From Candidatus Bathyarchaeota archaeon (GTDB lineage: Archaea > Thermoproteota > Bathyarchaeia > Bathyarchaeales > Bathycorpusculaceae), in NCBI GenBank assembly GCA_963827165.1, contig CAWGZR010000003.1, forward strand, positions 64,001-128,000: DNA of 64,000 nt, in the 5' to 3' direction. Each line of letters starts with the position of its first letter. Position 1 is the stretch's first letter. The notes under the pieces were generated by a model that saw only the letters and a list, made by a program, of their open reading frames with translations, did not search any database and was not told the DNA's origin. Below, in pieces: positions 19,188-29,010 of the stretch. The translations under genes were made by a program, and so were the position numbers.

Positions 19188-20174
19188 TTATGTGGTTTGC
19201 GTTTTTTCCAAGGTCTTAGTTTTGTCGCTAAAGAGAATATTTAGGTGAATTCCTCGACTACCTAGTACCGTTAATAATTCCGCTATGGTTAACGCTGCAA
19301 CAGAGTAGATGGGAATCCAATCGTAAGGGTACATCTGCGAAACGATGTTTCCGTTTACTTCAGCATGCAAAAACGCGTAGCCGATCCCGTAGTAAAAAAA
19401 GAACGGCAGATTTGTAGCCGCCAAAAAAACAGCCGAACCCGCGGCAAACCGAACAATCGAATGCCTATTATACCAAATCAGCAACGGCAACGCCAAAATA
19501 GCTGCTCTGGGGTCAAGTGCGCCAAAAGCAAACATCAAAGCTGAAAGCCACGGCTTTTTGGCGTATCCAAAGTACAAGGCGCCGACTAGAAGGATGGTTT
19601 GGAGGACATGGGCGTTTCCCAACATGTACCCGCAGAAGTAGGTTGGAGAAAAAGTCTGAGCGTTAAGGCTTTGCACGCGGATCATGAGGAGGTTAACGCT
19701 TGAGCTGCTGAATTCAAACGAGGGAAGCGGCTCTATCAAAACAATCGCTGCGGCGACTGAGGCGACAACTAAGTTTTTATCTTTTACAAGTTTGAAAACA
19801 AAGAAGGCCAAAGCTCCGATCAGAGCGAACTCCAATATGTCAAAAACGGCGAGCGCATTAGGGTAACTTAATGCGAGGAAGGGCGCGAAAAGAATTAAGA
19901 ATGACGGCGTGTACTTGAAAGTTTGAGGTTTAGGCGGTATAGAGTACTCTTTTGGTATGAATGCTCCGTTATAAACTTGTGTTGGGTTATGAAATAGTCT
20001 CCATTCTCCAATGTAGTACGCCGAGAAATCCCTCGCGTATTCCGATGATTTAGGAAGTTGGAAAGCAAGGGGGAACGAAAGGGCAAAAGTGAATGCGTTA
20101 AGCGCAACCGCTATTAGAATGACGGTTAGGATTTTTCTTTTTTCAGGTTCCATCTTTTCCCAAATTTTGTTCAT
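19188..20174 (-). CDS. GT87/DUF2029-like (GT-C fold) membrane glycosyltransferase
   Basis: RDFSAYY.G..RL...P..VY....FKYTP.FL..FAPF..L; multi-TM. Confidence 0.75.
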   Translation of the reverse strand: MNKIWEKMEPEKRKILTVILIAVALNAFTFALSFPLAFQLPKSSEYARDFSAYYIGEWRLFHNPTQVYNGAFIPKEYSIPPKPQTFKYTPSFLILFAPFLALSYPNALAVFDILEFALIGALAFFVFKLVKDKNLVVASVAAAIVLIEPLPSFEFSSSSVNLLMIRVQSLNAQTFSPTYFCGYMLGNAHVLQTILLVGALYFGYAKKPWLSALMFAFGALDPRAAILALPLLIWYNRHSIVRFAAGSAVFLAATNLPFFFYYGIGYAFLHAEVNGNIVSQMYPYDWIPIYSVAALTIAELLTVLGSRGIHLNILFSDKTKTLEKTQTT

Positions 20175-20320
20175 CTTGCAGAAAACTTCATTTGATTAAT
20201 GATTTTTTTGCCATAGTAACTGATAGGCTCGGCAAATGTTTTGTCGGCAATCTAAGCCGGTTGTAGGTTAATCTTCGTTTGAGTAATAATAAATTTGTGG
20301 AACGACTCCAAAAAAAGGGG

Positions 20321-20962
20321 TTAATAATAGTATGTAATCGTTACCGTTATTGCATCTGCGATCTTGTCAGTGGTTCCAACTCTTATTTCTAATGTTGTCG
20401 GCAGCACAGGAAATGCGGCGGTTCCCGATTTTCCCACTGTTACGTTCTGGTTGTAGTTGACGCCGGAAACACCGTAAATCGTTTGAACATAGGTTGTGGT
20501 TGAATTCGATGTTGCTTGAACTACAACGTAACCTGAGTACGGAACAGTGTTGTCAAAGGCCACAGTATAGTTCGCTGTAGTCTCTGCGGCTGAACTAATA
20601 ATGGCTTCAGATGACTGCATCGTCAATATGCTTTGAGCAGAATTCAATTGAGCGGTCAAGTTGTTTAACTCGGTATCTATCGATGTAACCTGAGTTTGAA
20701 GGGTTGTTTTGTCGCTGTCAGCCGAGGAGAGCTGGCTTGTGAGGTTCGCAACTTGTGTTTGCAAATTGGTAATTAAACTATCTTTATCGTTTAATTGAGA
20801 TTGCAAACTGTTCGCCGCTGGGTTAATCGCAATAAAACCCACAAGGCTGGCGGCAAGAACAACGCATACCACCACCAACGCGATTACTTTCATGTTTCTT
20901 TTGCCCGCCGAAGGCGGAGGAGGAGGCAAAGGTAAATCCTCTGAATTATAGCCTTGACTCAT
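20321..20962 (-). CDS. Membrane-anchored coiled-coil surface protein
   Basis: Pro-rich N-terminus, one TM, heptad LQ.Q repeats, beta-rich C-terminus. Confidence 0.7.
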   Translation of the reverse strand: MSQGYNSEDLPLPPPPPSAGKRNMKVIALVVVCVVLAASLVGFIAINPAANSLQSQLNDKDSLITNLQTQVANLTSQLSSADSDKTTLQTQVTSIDTELNNLTAQLNSAQSILTMQSSEAIISSAAETTANYTVAFDNTVPYSGYVVVQATSNSTTTYVQTIYGVSGVNYNQNVTVGKSGTAAFPVLPTTLEIRVGTTDKIADAITVTITYYY

Positions 20963-21086
20963 TGTTACCGTACACCCGAGTTTCTATTTTGTGTAGTGAC
21001 TGATTAATAATTATTTCCACATTCGACCCAAAGCCACATCTATGCAAGTTTTGTCGCGCCAATTACACATTTTTATAGTTTTTTTT

Positions 21087-21536
21087 CTAGTACTTCGCGC
21101 TCAGATACAACAGCACAGATAACGCGACTAACTCGAATAAGCTTGGTAGAAACGCGAATGGTCCTAGTCCGTAGGCCCTGAATCCGTAAATTTTAGTTAT
21201 AAACGGGCTTGAGGTTAAATCTCTGACGAGGAAGACAAACGCGAATATCACGAGTCCAATTGTGAATGGTGAACGGGTTTTAACGTAGATGTTAACGTAA
21301 ATTACGATTAAGATAACCAGCAGTGCGATGTTGATTGTCGAGATTATTGTGTTGGCTACGTAGAAGAACTCGAGGTCTCCTGAAACCATGCCTGGAGAAG
21401 TGACGTGCCTCCCGAAGTACCCAATGTGCTGCTGAATGAACGTTAGTGCCAAAACCGTCGCTACAACTGCAACTATCGCTAAAACTGCGATAATCAAGCC
21501 AAGTCTCAGTCTTTTACTGCTCATTTGTTTTTCCAT
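21087..21536 (-). CDS. Small multi-TM membrane protein co-transcribed with wHTH regulator
   Basis: About four hydrophobic segments; start trimmed to MEKQ. Confidence 0.7.
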   Translation of the reverse strand: MEKQMSSKRLRLGLIIAVLAIVAVVATVLALTFIQQHIGYFGRHVTSPGMVSGDLEFFYVANTIISTINIALLVILIVIYVNIYVKTRSPFTIGLVIFAFVFLVRDLTSSPFITKIYGFRAYGLGPFAFLPSLFELVALSVLLYLSAKY

Positions 21537-21555
21537 GTTCTGTTTTCTCCTTTTT

Positions 21556-21858
21556 CTACTTTTTCCCGATTTTCTTCGTAATCTCCTCAAACATTTGGTA
21601 ATTGTCTTCCATCACTTGTGACAAAAAATAGGTGGCGCCGTACCTGTCTCCGATTGAACTAATAATCTTGTTCTTTTCTAAGACTTCAAGATGGTGTCTC
21701 ATTGTTTTGTAATCCATCTTTAAAGATATGGCGAGTTGATTGGCGTTTTGTGGCGTTTGCCTTAGTGACTCTATTATTTTCGCTCGGGTAGGACCGCCTC
21801 GTGTTCCTGCGATAAGCCATCCTAATAAGTATCTTAGCGAGCGAGCATTACTAGACAT
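21556..21858 (-). CDS. Winged-helix (ArsR-like) regulator, paralog of 14934-15263
   Basis: LLGWLIAGTRGGPTRAKII..NANQLA..LKMDYKTMRHHL.VLEKN. Confidence 0.88.
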   Translation of the reverse strand: MSSNARSLRYLLGWLIAGTRGGPTRAKIIESLRQTPQNANQLAISLKMDYKTMRHHLEVLEKNKIISSIGDRYGATYFLSQVMEDNYQMFEEITKKIGKK

Positions 21859-22065
21859 TGGGGGGCTCCTTGCTGAAGAGATTCTTTGAAACTCTAATCT
21901 GAATCAGGTAATAAACCTGTCTTTCCCTTCAGGACCCGCAATCTTCATTGTTAAGGTAAGATTCGGTCTAACCTGTGTTCTCTTATAATGTCGAAAGTTT
22001 AAATTGGGTGGGATTTGGGTAACATTATGAAAAATCGTTTAATAGTCTTACGTAATACTTTGTGG

Positions 22066-22161
22066 AAGGCAGTCAGAAACGAGAATGGGAATCAACAGAG
22101 GCCATAAGCCCAAAAAAACTGCCCAAAATAAATACCCCTTCGTTCTCTATCTGACTGCCTT
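22066..22161 (+). other. Long 5'-leader hairpin of the ABC operon
   Basis: AAGGCAGTCAGA (22066-22077) is perfectly complementary to TCTGACTGCCTT (22150-22161); pairing extends inward (GAGAATG/CGTTCTC). Confidence 0.6.
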
Positions 22162-22178
22162 ATTATGATAAATGAAAG

Positions 22179-23631
22179 GTGTACCCGATGGGTGTAATGA
22201 ATCGAGCTATAAGAAACATATCAAGAAGAAAGATTCGAGCTTTACTTGTAATAATAGCGCTTGGTTTTTCCATGGCGATATTAGTTACAATTCCAGCCGG
22301 TGTTATGGCAAACCAGAAAACCGCCAACAACGTCACATCAGGTCTTAGCAGCGCTATTAACCAAACTGGTCAATCAATAAACCAAACGTTGTCTCAAATC
22401 GACGTTTCCCTAGGATCGGGCATGTCAGGTTTCGGTTTCACCCCGCCTTCAGGGACCACGGGTAACGGCGGATACGGTGGAGGCTTCGGCGGCGGATATG
22501 CCGGTGGAACCACCGGAGGCGGCTTTTTCAGGCAATTTGGCGCAGGACAACCATCAATGATGAACGAGAGCGAATACAGTGACATCAGCAGTATCAGCGG
22601 CGTTGCGGCTGTCGAGCCTGAACTCCAAGTCAACGAGGGATCTCACAACGAAACAGTTACAGCTCCCTTTGGCGACCGAACATTCACGGAGTCGGTTCCT
22701 ACTTACGTAGTTGAAGGTATACCATTAACTTCTGAATTCATCAACACTTACGGAATGCTACCAACAAACGTTACTTCAGGGCAAAACTTGCAGGTGGGCG
22801 AAACCGGTGACGTTTTGCTGAGCCAAAGCGACGCAACCTACTTTGGCGTAACTGTGGGACAGACGGTAAGTATTCTAGGTGAAAACTTCCAAGTTGTCGG
22901 TATTGTTGGGACCACCGCCTTTGGAAACTCTAGGCAACTTGGATTCGAAAGTACTGTACATGAACCTGGCTGATGCCCAAGCAATAACCGACAACCAAGG
23001 AAACGTAACCAGCCTGATCGTTTATGCACAAAACCCAGGTCTTGTAAGCCAAGTAAGCACTGCAATAACTTCGGCTCATCCTGAAGTTACAGCCAGCCAG
23101 CCTGTCGGTGCAACGCTTGAATCCAGCCAATCTAACTCCACAACTGTTGAAGAAAGCGCGGCTGCGGCGCTTACCTCGTCTAACCAGACAGCCGTTGAAG
23201 AAATCGTCATAGTAGTTATAGCTACCAGCCTCATAGTTCTCTTTGTCATGCTCTATACCGTACGCGAGAGAACCCGCGAAATCGGCACGCTAAAAGCGAT
23301 AGGGTTCAGCAATGCCACAGTCATGAGCCAATTCCTAATCGAAGGCATCTTCTTAAGCGTAATAGCAGGCGTCGTCGGCATCGCAATCGGAGTTTTGGCA
23401 GCGCCAAAGTTAGCAGCGCTGTTGCTTCCGATGAATCTGTTTGGAAGCTCCAATACGGGTGCAGCAGGAGTCGCGCGGTTCACCTCTTCATTGACTGCTT
23501 CTGTAACGGTAAGCCCCGAACTTGTCGGAATAATATTTGGGGCTGCAGTAGCACTTGGAGCTTTAGGTAGCCTTTACCCTGCGTGGAGAGCAGCCAAGAT
23601 TAAACCAGCAGAGGCGATGAAATATGAGTAA
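22179..23631 (+). CDS. MacB/FtsX-type ABC permease, split by one frameshift near 22910-22945
   Basis: A.RNI.RRK.R.LL N-terminus; C-half V.ERTREIGTLKAIG...YPAWRAAK.KPAEA.KYE in another frame. Confidence 0.85.
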
Positions 23632-24427
23632 GCCAGTTTTGCAACTCGAAAAGCTGGGCAAAACCTACATGCTAGGCAAACGAGGCGTTCCCGCCCTTTC
23701 CAACTTGAACCTCACGGTGAATCAAGGAGAGTTCATTGCGATCATGGGTCCTTCAGGGTCAGGCAAAACAACATTGCTTAACGTAATTGGTTGCATCGAT
23801 AAACCGACTAATGGCAAGATTATCTTAGATGGCGTTGATGTTACCGGCATGCCAGAAAACGATCTTTACAAGATTAGACGAGACAAGATGGGTTTCGTGT
23901 TTCAAACTTTTAATCTGCTGCCTTACCTTAACGCGAGGGAAAATGTTGAGTTACCAATGGAAGGCAAAATCAATTCTAAGGATGAGCGAAAGAAAAAAGC
24001 AAGTGAACTCTTGGCGAAGGTTGGTCTTTCGGGAAGAGAAGAACATCGTCCAAGTCGGCTCAGTGCTGGTGAGCAGCAACGAGTTGCTATAGCACGCGCC
24101 TTAGCTAATGACCCGGCAATAATCTTAGCTGATGAGCCAACAGGAAACTTGGACGGTCAAAACAAGCAGGGAATCATAAAGCTGCTGGCTAACCTCAACA
24201 TCACGCAAGGCACCACGATAATCATGGTTACCCATGATGGAGAAGCCGCGAATCACACCGAAAGAATGCTTCTTCTGAGAGATGGAAAAATAATCAAGGA
24301 AAAGCAAGGTTCGCATGCATTGAAAAAGAAGAATGTTTGTCCACGATGCGGAAACCCAATCAAGCCAAGCGACGACGTATGCCCAAGCTGCCAAAAACCA
24401 ATCTATTCAACTGAAGAAGCATTCTGA
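23624..24427 (+). CDS. LolD/MacB-type ABC ATPase with C-terminal zinc ribbon
   Basis: [32 protein letters not shown]; CPRC...CPSC tail. Confidence 0.93.
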   Translation: MSKPVLQLEKLGKTYMLGKRGVPALSNLNLTVNQGEFIAIMGPSGSGKTTLLNVIGCIDKPTNGKIILDGVDVTGMPENDLYKIRRDKMGFVFQTFNLLPYLNARENVELPMEGKINSKDERKKKASELLAKVGLSGREEHRPSRLSAGEQQRVAIARALANDPAIILADEPTGNLDGQNKQGIIKLLANLNITQGTTIIMVTHDGEAANHTERMLLLRDGKIIKEKQGSHALKKKNVCPRCGNPIKPSDDVCPSCQKPIYSTEEAF

Positions 24428-24485
24428 CTGAAACTAATTACCCCCCTCAAAACCCTTTAATTTTATGAGGCTGACAAGTCTTTTC

Positions 24486-25757
24486 ATGGAACCCCCCGCA
24501 ATTCCCCAATTTCCTCCTCAGATTCCTCCAATACAGCCACCGCAGCCACCTCCTGAACAACCTCGTGAGCATCCTTCAGAACCGAAAAAGAAACGTTTTT
24601 CAGCAGTATTGATAGTTGCTCTTCTGCTCGTTTGTTTGGTTGCGGGCGGCTTTATCGGCTACGCCATAAGCTATTCTTCTTTCAACAGTAAACTTACAAG
24701 CATCCAGAATCAACTGGCGGCACATTCTCAAAACGACACGTATAACACTTATCCTAATGCCACCTACGTGATAGGTGAAAACGTTTCCTTATCTTCTCTT
24801 TACGCCGAAGTTAAGTCGTCAGTTGTCGTAATAGAAGACTTGGTGCCTACGCAAACGCTGTTTTTCGAAGGTTACTCTCAGCAGCAAGGCTCAGGCTTCA
24901 TAACCGCCGTCAACAATCAACTTGTCATAGTTACCAACAACCACGTCGTCAATGGCGCCTCAAACATAACAGCAACTTTCGCTGACGGAGCAACCTATCC
25001 CGCAACAGAAATAGGGTCCGACCCGCTGGCAGATATCGCAGTCCTCACTATCACCCCCATGCCAAGCGGGTTAACACCTCTAACCCTTGTCAGTTCCAAC
25101 GGTTTGCAGGTCGGTCAATCCGTCGTCGCGGTTGGTTCACCTTACGGGTTGCAGGGTACATTGACTACGGGCGTAATCAGCTCGCTGGAGAGAACCCTTA
25201 CTGAAACTGAACCCGACGGCAGCCAAGGTCCAACAATCCCCGATACCCTCCAAACAAGCACCGCCATCAATCCTGGCAACTCAGGCGGGCCGCTCCTTAC
25301 TTATGCTGGCGAAGTCGTTGGCATAACCACAGCGGCGGTCAGCAACTCAAACGGTTTGGGCTTCGCAATTCCATCCGCCACCATTATACGTGAACTCAGC
25401 TCGATCGTAACGACAGGAACATACAACAACCATCCGTCAATAGACACGTCAGGAACAGACATGAACTACCAACTTGCCCAAGCAATGCATACAGATGTGA
25501 CTTATGGGTACCTAGTAGAAAGTGTCTCAACTCAGAACGGACTCCAAGGCGGCAAAACCCAAGTCACAATTTTAGATCAGAATTACATCATCGGTGGCGA
25601 CATCATAATAAGCGCCAACGGAACCCCAATAACCAACACCGATTCGCTTCTCTCATACCTTGAACGAAACACGCTACCCGGACAAACTGTCGACTTCACA
25701 GTAGTGCGGGGCGGGGCAACACAGACAGTTTCAGTTACAATAGACAAGTTGACTTAG
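24486..25757 (+). CDS. Second membrane-anchored HtrA protease
   Basis: VTNNHVV, ADIAVL, AINPGNSGGPL, PDZ; Pro-rich cytoplasmic N-terminus. Confidence 0.92.
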   Translation: MEPPAIPQFPPQIPPIQPPQPPPEQPREHPSEPKKKRFSAVLIVALLLVCLVAGGFIGYAISYSSFNSKLTSIQNQLAAHSQNDTYNTYPNATYVIGENVSLSSLYAEVKSSVVVIEDLVPTQTLFFEGYSQQQGSGFITAVNNQLVIVTNNHVVNGASNITATFADGATYPATEIGSDPLADIAVLTITPMPSGLTPLTLVSSNGLQVGQSVVAVGSPYGLQGTLTTGVISSLERTLTETEPDGSQGPTIPDTLQTSTAINPGNSGGPLLTYAGEVVGITTAAVSNSNGLGFAIPSATIIRELSSIVTTGTYNNHPSIDTSGTDMNYQLAQAMHTDVTYGYLVESVSTQNGLQGGKTQVTILDQNYIIGGDIIISANGTPITNTDSLLSYLERNTLPGQTVDFTVVRGGATQTVSVTIDKLT

Positions 25758-25798
25758 AAATCCCCAACTTTTTGTCGAGTAGCCGCCTATTTTGAATT

Positions 25799-27638
25799 CT
25801 AAGCTGATCCTCTTAGCCGTTTAATGGAAAGTACCAAGCCACTTGCTAATGCAGCTGCAACTATGATTACCCACACCCACCATTGCATCCACAAAGGTTC
25901 GGTTTGCTGTCCCGCAGTGTTGCTGATTTGTAAGTCTTGAATTTCTGTTTTTGAGTCGTGTCCAATGTAGATGTCGGTTGGGTTCGGGATCTTACCTGTG
26001 GGGTTGGCGGATCCGGAGGCAACGGTTACGGCTTGTTCTTGTCCATTGACGTAAATGTGCATTCCTGTGGTTGTGCTACGGGTGAAAACCACGTGGACCC
26101 ACGTGTCGTTAGGAAGCGGTGCCACAGTGTCAATTTCGTTCAAACCGCTTGGTGTCACAACATAGCCGCGGAGTGATCCTATGACTGGACTGCTTGCGTT
26201 TGTTGGGGTTTGGCCGTTAATGGCGAGCCCAAGGGTTCTGGTTGGCAAAGCGGCTGTGGTTCGAACGGCTTCGATGTAGATGTTGTTGTAGGCTACGCCG
26301 CTTTTGATTGCTTGAATGTTCACCCAAGCATCAATTGTTATTTCGTTGGGTGTTAGAAGGCTTGGTGAAGTTTGTACTGTTGCAAAGACGTTTCCGGTGA
26401 AGTTTAGTGCTTCTCCGAACTTGCCCTGAACTAATCCGGGGGTGTTGTTGTAAACGGGTGTTTCGGAGCCCAAGATAGCGGGGTTATTGCCGGTTGAATC
26501 TGGGGAGACGAGGCTGGGTTCAACAGTACCCAGTGACCATGAAGCAACAATGCTGTTTGATTGTGCGGTGGGCGGATTGATTGTCTTTGGTGGGTTGATC
26601 AGGTTTGCAGTATTGAGCTGGGTCATGAGTGGGTAATTGTCCATGTTGCTCGTGTTGATCACGTACGGTGTGTTTCCAAATCCTGACGAGCCAGCTTGAG
26701 AGGCATCAGGGTACTTGGTTAGGTAGTCGCTCCAGTAGTTTCCGCCTGCCTTGACGCCGTTATCCCAGTACTCTGTCATGGCTGAGGAGTTGTCCCATGC
26801 GTTGATGTTGTTTACAAAGTTGTTTTGGTAAATTCTGTTTTAGGGGTGCAGTGAGTTGCAATGTGACAAAGACGCCGTATTTGTTGCCTTGTATGTCGTT
26901 TGCAGAAATGATGTTTTCAGATCCTGCGAGAAAGATGCCTGATTCAGTGTTGGACTCGATGTTGTTGCCAAAAACTAATGAGTAAGATACGCCTAAGCCG
27001 ATTCCTCGGTAGTCGCTTACAATATTGTTTTTGGAGATCACATCTGAGTAACCTCTCATTTCGATGCCTGACACCGCGTTTCCTATGATGTTGTTGTCTG
27101 AAACGGTGTTTTCTGCTCCGCCGTAGAAGCAGATGCCGTTTTTAAGGCTGGATTTTACGGTGTTCTGGGTTATGGTTGTGTAGGCTTGTGTTGAGCAGAA
27201 GATGCCGGTGTAAGTGTTCTGCACGATGTTGCTGGTTATTGTGCAGTTGTCGCCTTCAACCCAGATGCCGTAGGCGTACATGGCGGTTTGCGAGTAGTTT
27301 AGGCTCTCAATTGTGAAGCCTGAAACTTTCACGTTGTCTGCCGCCAAAACCAGCACTGCCGTTGGAGTTGAGCCGCCGCTTCCGATAATGCTGGTGTCGG
27401 TGTTATTCTGCCCCTCAAGCGCCAAAGGTTTATCGATTACCACGTTTTCGTGATAAACGCCGCTTTGAACAAAGACAGTGTCGCCAGCGGATGCTTGACT
27501 AACCGCTGCACTTATCGTTGGGTACTCTTCTGGAACAGTGAGTGTCTTGGAGGCCTTGGATTCGTGAATGGTCGCCATCCCAAGGGTTGCTAATAAAACT
27601 GCAATTAATGCCAGACTTTTGATGAGTTCTCTCTTCAT
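25799..27638 (-). CDS. Secreted NosD/pectin-lyase-like beta-helix plus LamG domain protein, frameshifted near 26840
   Basis: VPEEYPTI.AAV..A..GDTV.V..G.Y.E; parallel beta-helix repeats; alternate frame NRIYQNNF...WDNG..GGNYWSDY; LamG (GKFG.AL.F, ITIDAWV, WVHVV...YVNG); C-terminal TM. Confidence 0.85.
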
Positions 27639-27819
27639 ACCATCGCATCCCGCTAAAGCTTTCTAAGCTTAAATGGATACGGTAAAATATTACTCTCCCT
27701 AAAGAACAAACTGTTCCGCCAAAAGAACACCCCTACCCAACCGTGCAGAGCTGATTTTGGGCTTTTCCCCGCCAGACGCTTCTGTTGGGATAGCTGCGTC
27801 GAGTTGTTTGCAGTCTCAT

Positions 27820-29010
27820 TTATCGGCGGAAGAGTCTTCGAACGACAAAAACAATGAATTGCCCATGCATTGTTTTCACCAAGTTCGCGTAAACTTTCAC
27901 GGGCATTTCTGAGCCGTCCTTTTTGAGGTGTACCATTTCGAGGCTTGCATCCTTCTTTTCCATGATATGCCTCAAGAGACCTTCGAGCGCAGCCGCGTCT
28001 TTAGGCGGCATCAGCACGCGAATGTTTACATTGAGGAATTCGTCGAGGCTGTAACCGTAGGCTTCGGATGCGGCGACGTTGGCATAGACAAAATCGCCTT
28101 TGACGTTGGCGAGAAAAATCGCTTCCTTCGCGTTATCCAAGATTGTAGCTCTGAGCTTTAGTCCTTCGTCTGTTTTCTGCTGTTCCTGAATCTTCCTCGT
28201 CAATTCCTCATTTGTCTCTGCGCATTCTGCGGTCCGTTGAGCCACAACCTGCTCAAGTCTTCCACGATAAGCCGCAAGCTCAGCTTCAATTGACTTGTTC
28301 CTCGTAATATCCATGGACAAAATCAAGAGGCCTTCAGGTACAGGTTCTATATGAAGTTCAAACCAGGATTTGGATCCGTCTGAAAAAGTAAATTCGTTGT
28401 CCATTTGATGAGGAACGCGGTTTGTCATGCAGTTTCTAAGGTGTCTGAACAAGTCGGTTTTGTCAATGTCTGGGTAAACTTGCATCATATGGTAGCCGAT
28501 TAGTTCCTGCTTTTTCTTTCGTCCCTGCTTAGCTGCCGCGTCATTTATGTATAGGTAGCGCCAGTCAAAATCGATGATTTGGCATCCTTCAATCATGAAG
28601 TCTAACGCGCCTTGGAGACGATTCTCAACTTCTCTTGCCGGCGACCACTCTGTTATGTCGTTGCCTGAGGAAAGCATGCCAATTGTGTTTCCGCCTTTGT
28701 CACTGACTAATATAATGTGGAAATCAAATGTTCGATCCACGCCGCTACGTGTTAGAACCGGGTATTTGCTGTGAACGTGGCGAAGGGAACCTTTCAGTAT
28801 GTCGTGGAAGAGGCGTCTTGTGGTTTCTCTTTCTTTTTCTGGGACAAATGTGTCAAACCAGTTTTTGCCAACAACCTCAGATTTTGCGTAACCCACTATT
28901 TCAGATGCTTTAATGTTTATATCCATGATTGACTCGTCGCTGCCGATTACTATCATTAGGGCATCTGCAAGGTCGAAATATTTTTGGGCTAAGTTATTTT
29001 GTTTCTCCAA
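27820..29010 (-). CDS. Multi-PAS protein without output domain
   Basis: Three PAS domains and a coiled coil (LEQ.V.QRTAE); overlaps the glgP 3' end. Confidence 0.8.
   Translation of the reverse strand: MEKQNNLAQKYFDLADALMIVIGSDESIMDINIKASEIVGYAKSEVVGKNWFDTFVPEKERETTRRLFHDILKGSLRHVHSKYPVLTRSGVDRTFDFHIILVSDKGGNTIGMLSSGNDITEWSPAREVENRLQGALDFMIEGCQIIDFDWRYLYINDAAAKQGRKKKQELIGYHMMQVYPDIDKTDLFRHLRNCMTNRVPHQMDNEFTFSDGSKSWFELHIEPVPEGLLILSMDITRNKSIEAELAAYRGRLEQVVAQRTAECAETNEELTRKIQEQQKTDEGLKLRATILDNAKEAIFLANVKGDFVYANVAASEAYGYSLDEFLNVNIRVLMPPKDAAALEGLLRHIMEKKDASLEMVHLKKDGSEMPVKVYANLVKTMHGQFIVFVVRRLFRR

Noticed and set aside
21950-22022. TTGGG-rich direct repeats upstream of the ABC operon, similar to 15366-15397, as wHTH binding sites
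   Set aside because: Too degenerate to define a motif by eye.
22879-22973. Programmed ribosomal frameshift in the ABC permease
   Set aside because: No clear slippery heptamer or stimulatory structure; an indel is simpler.
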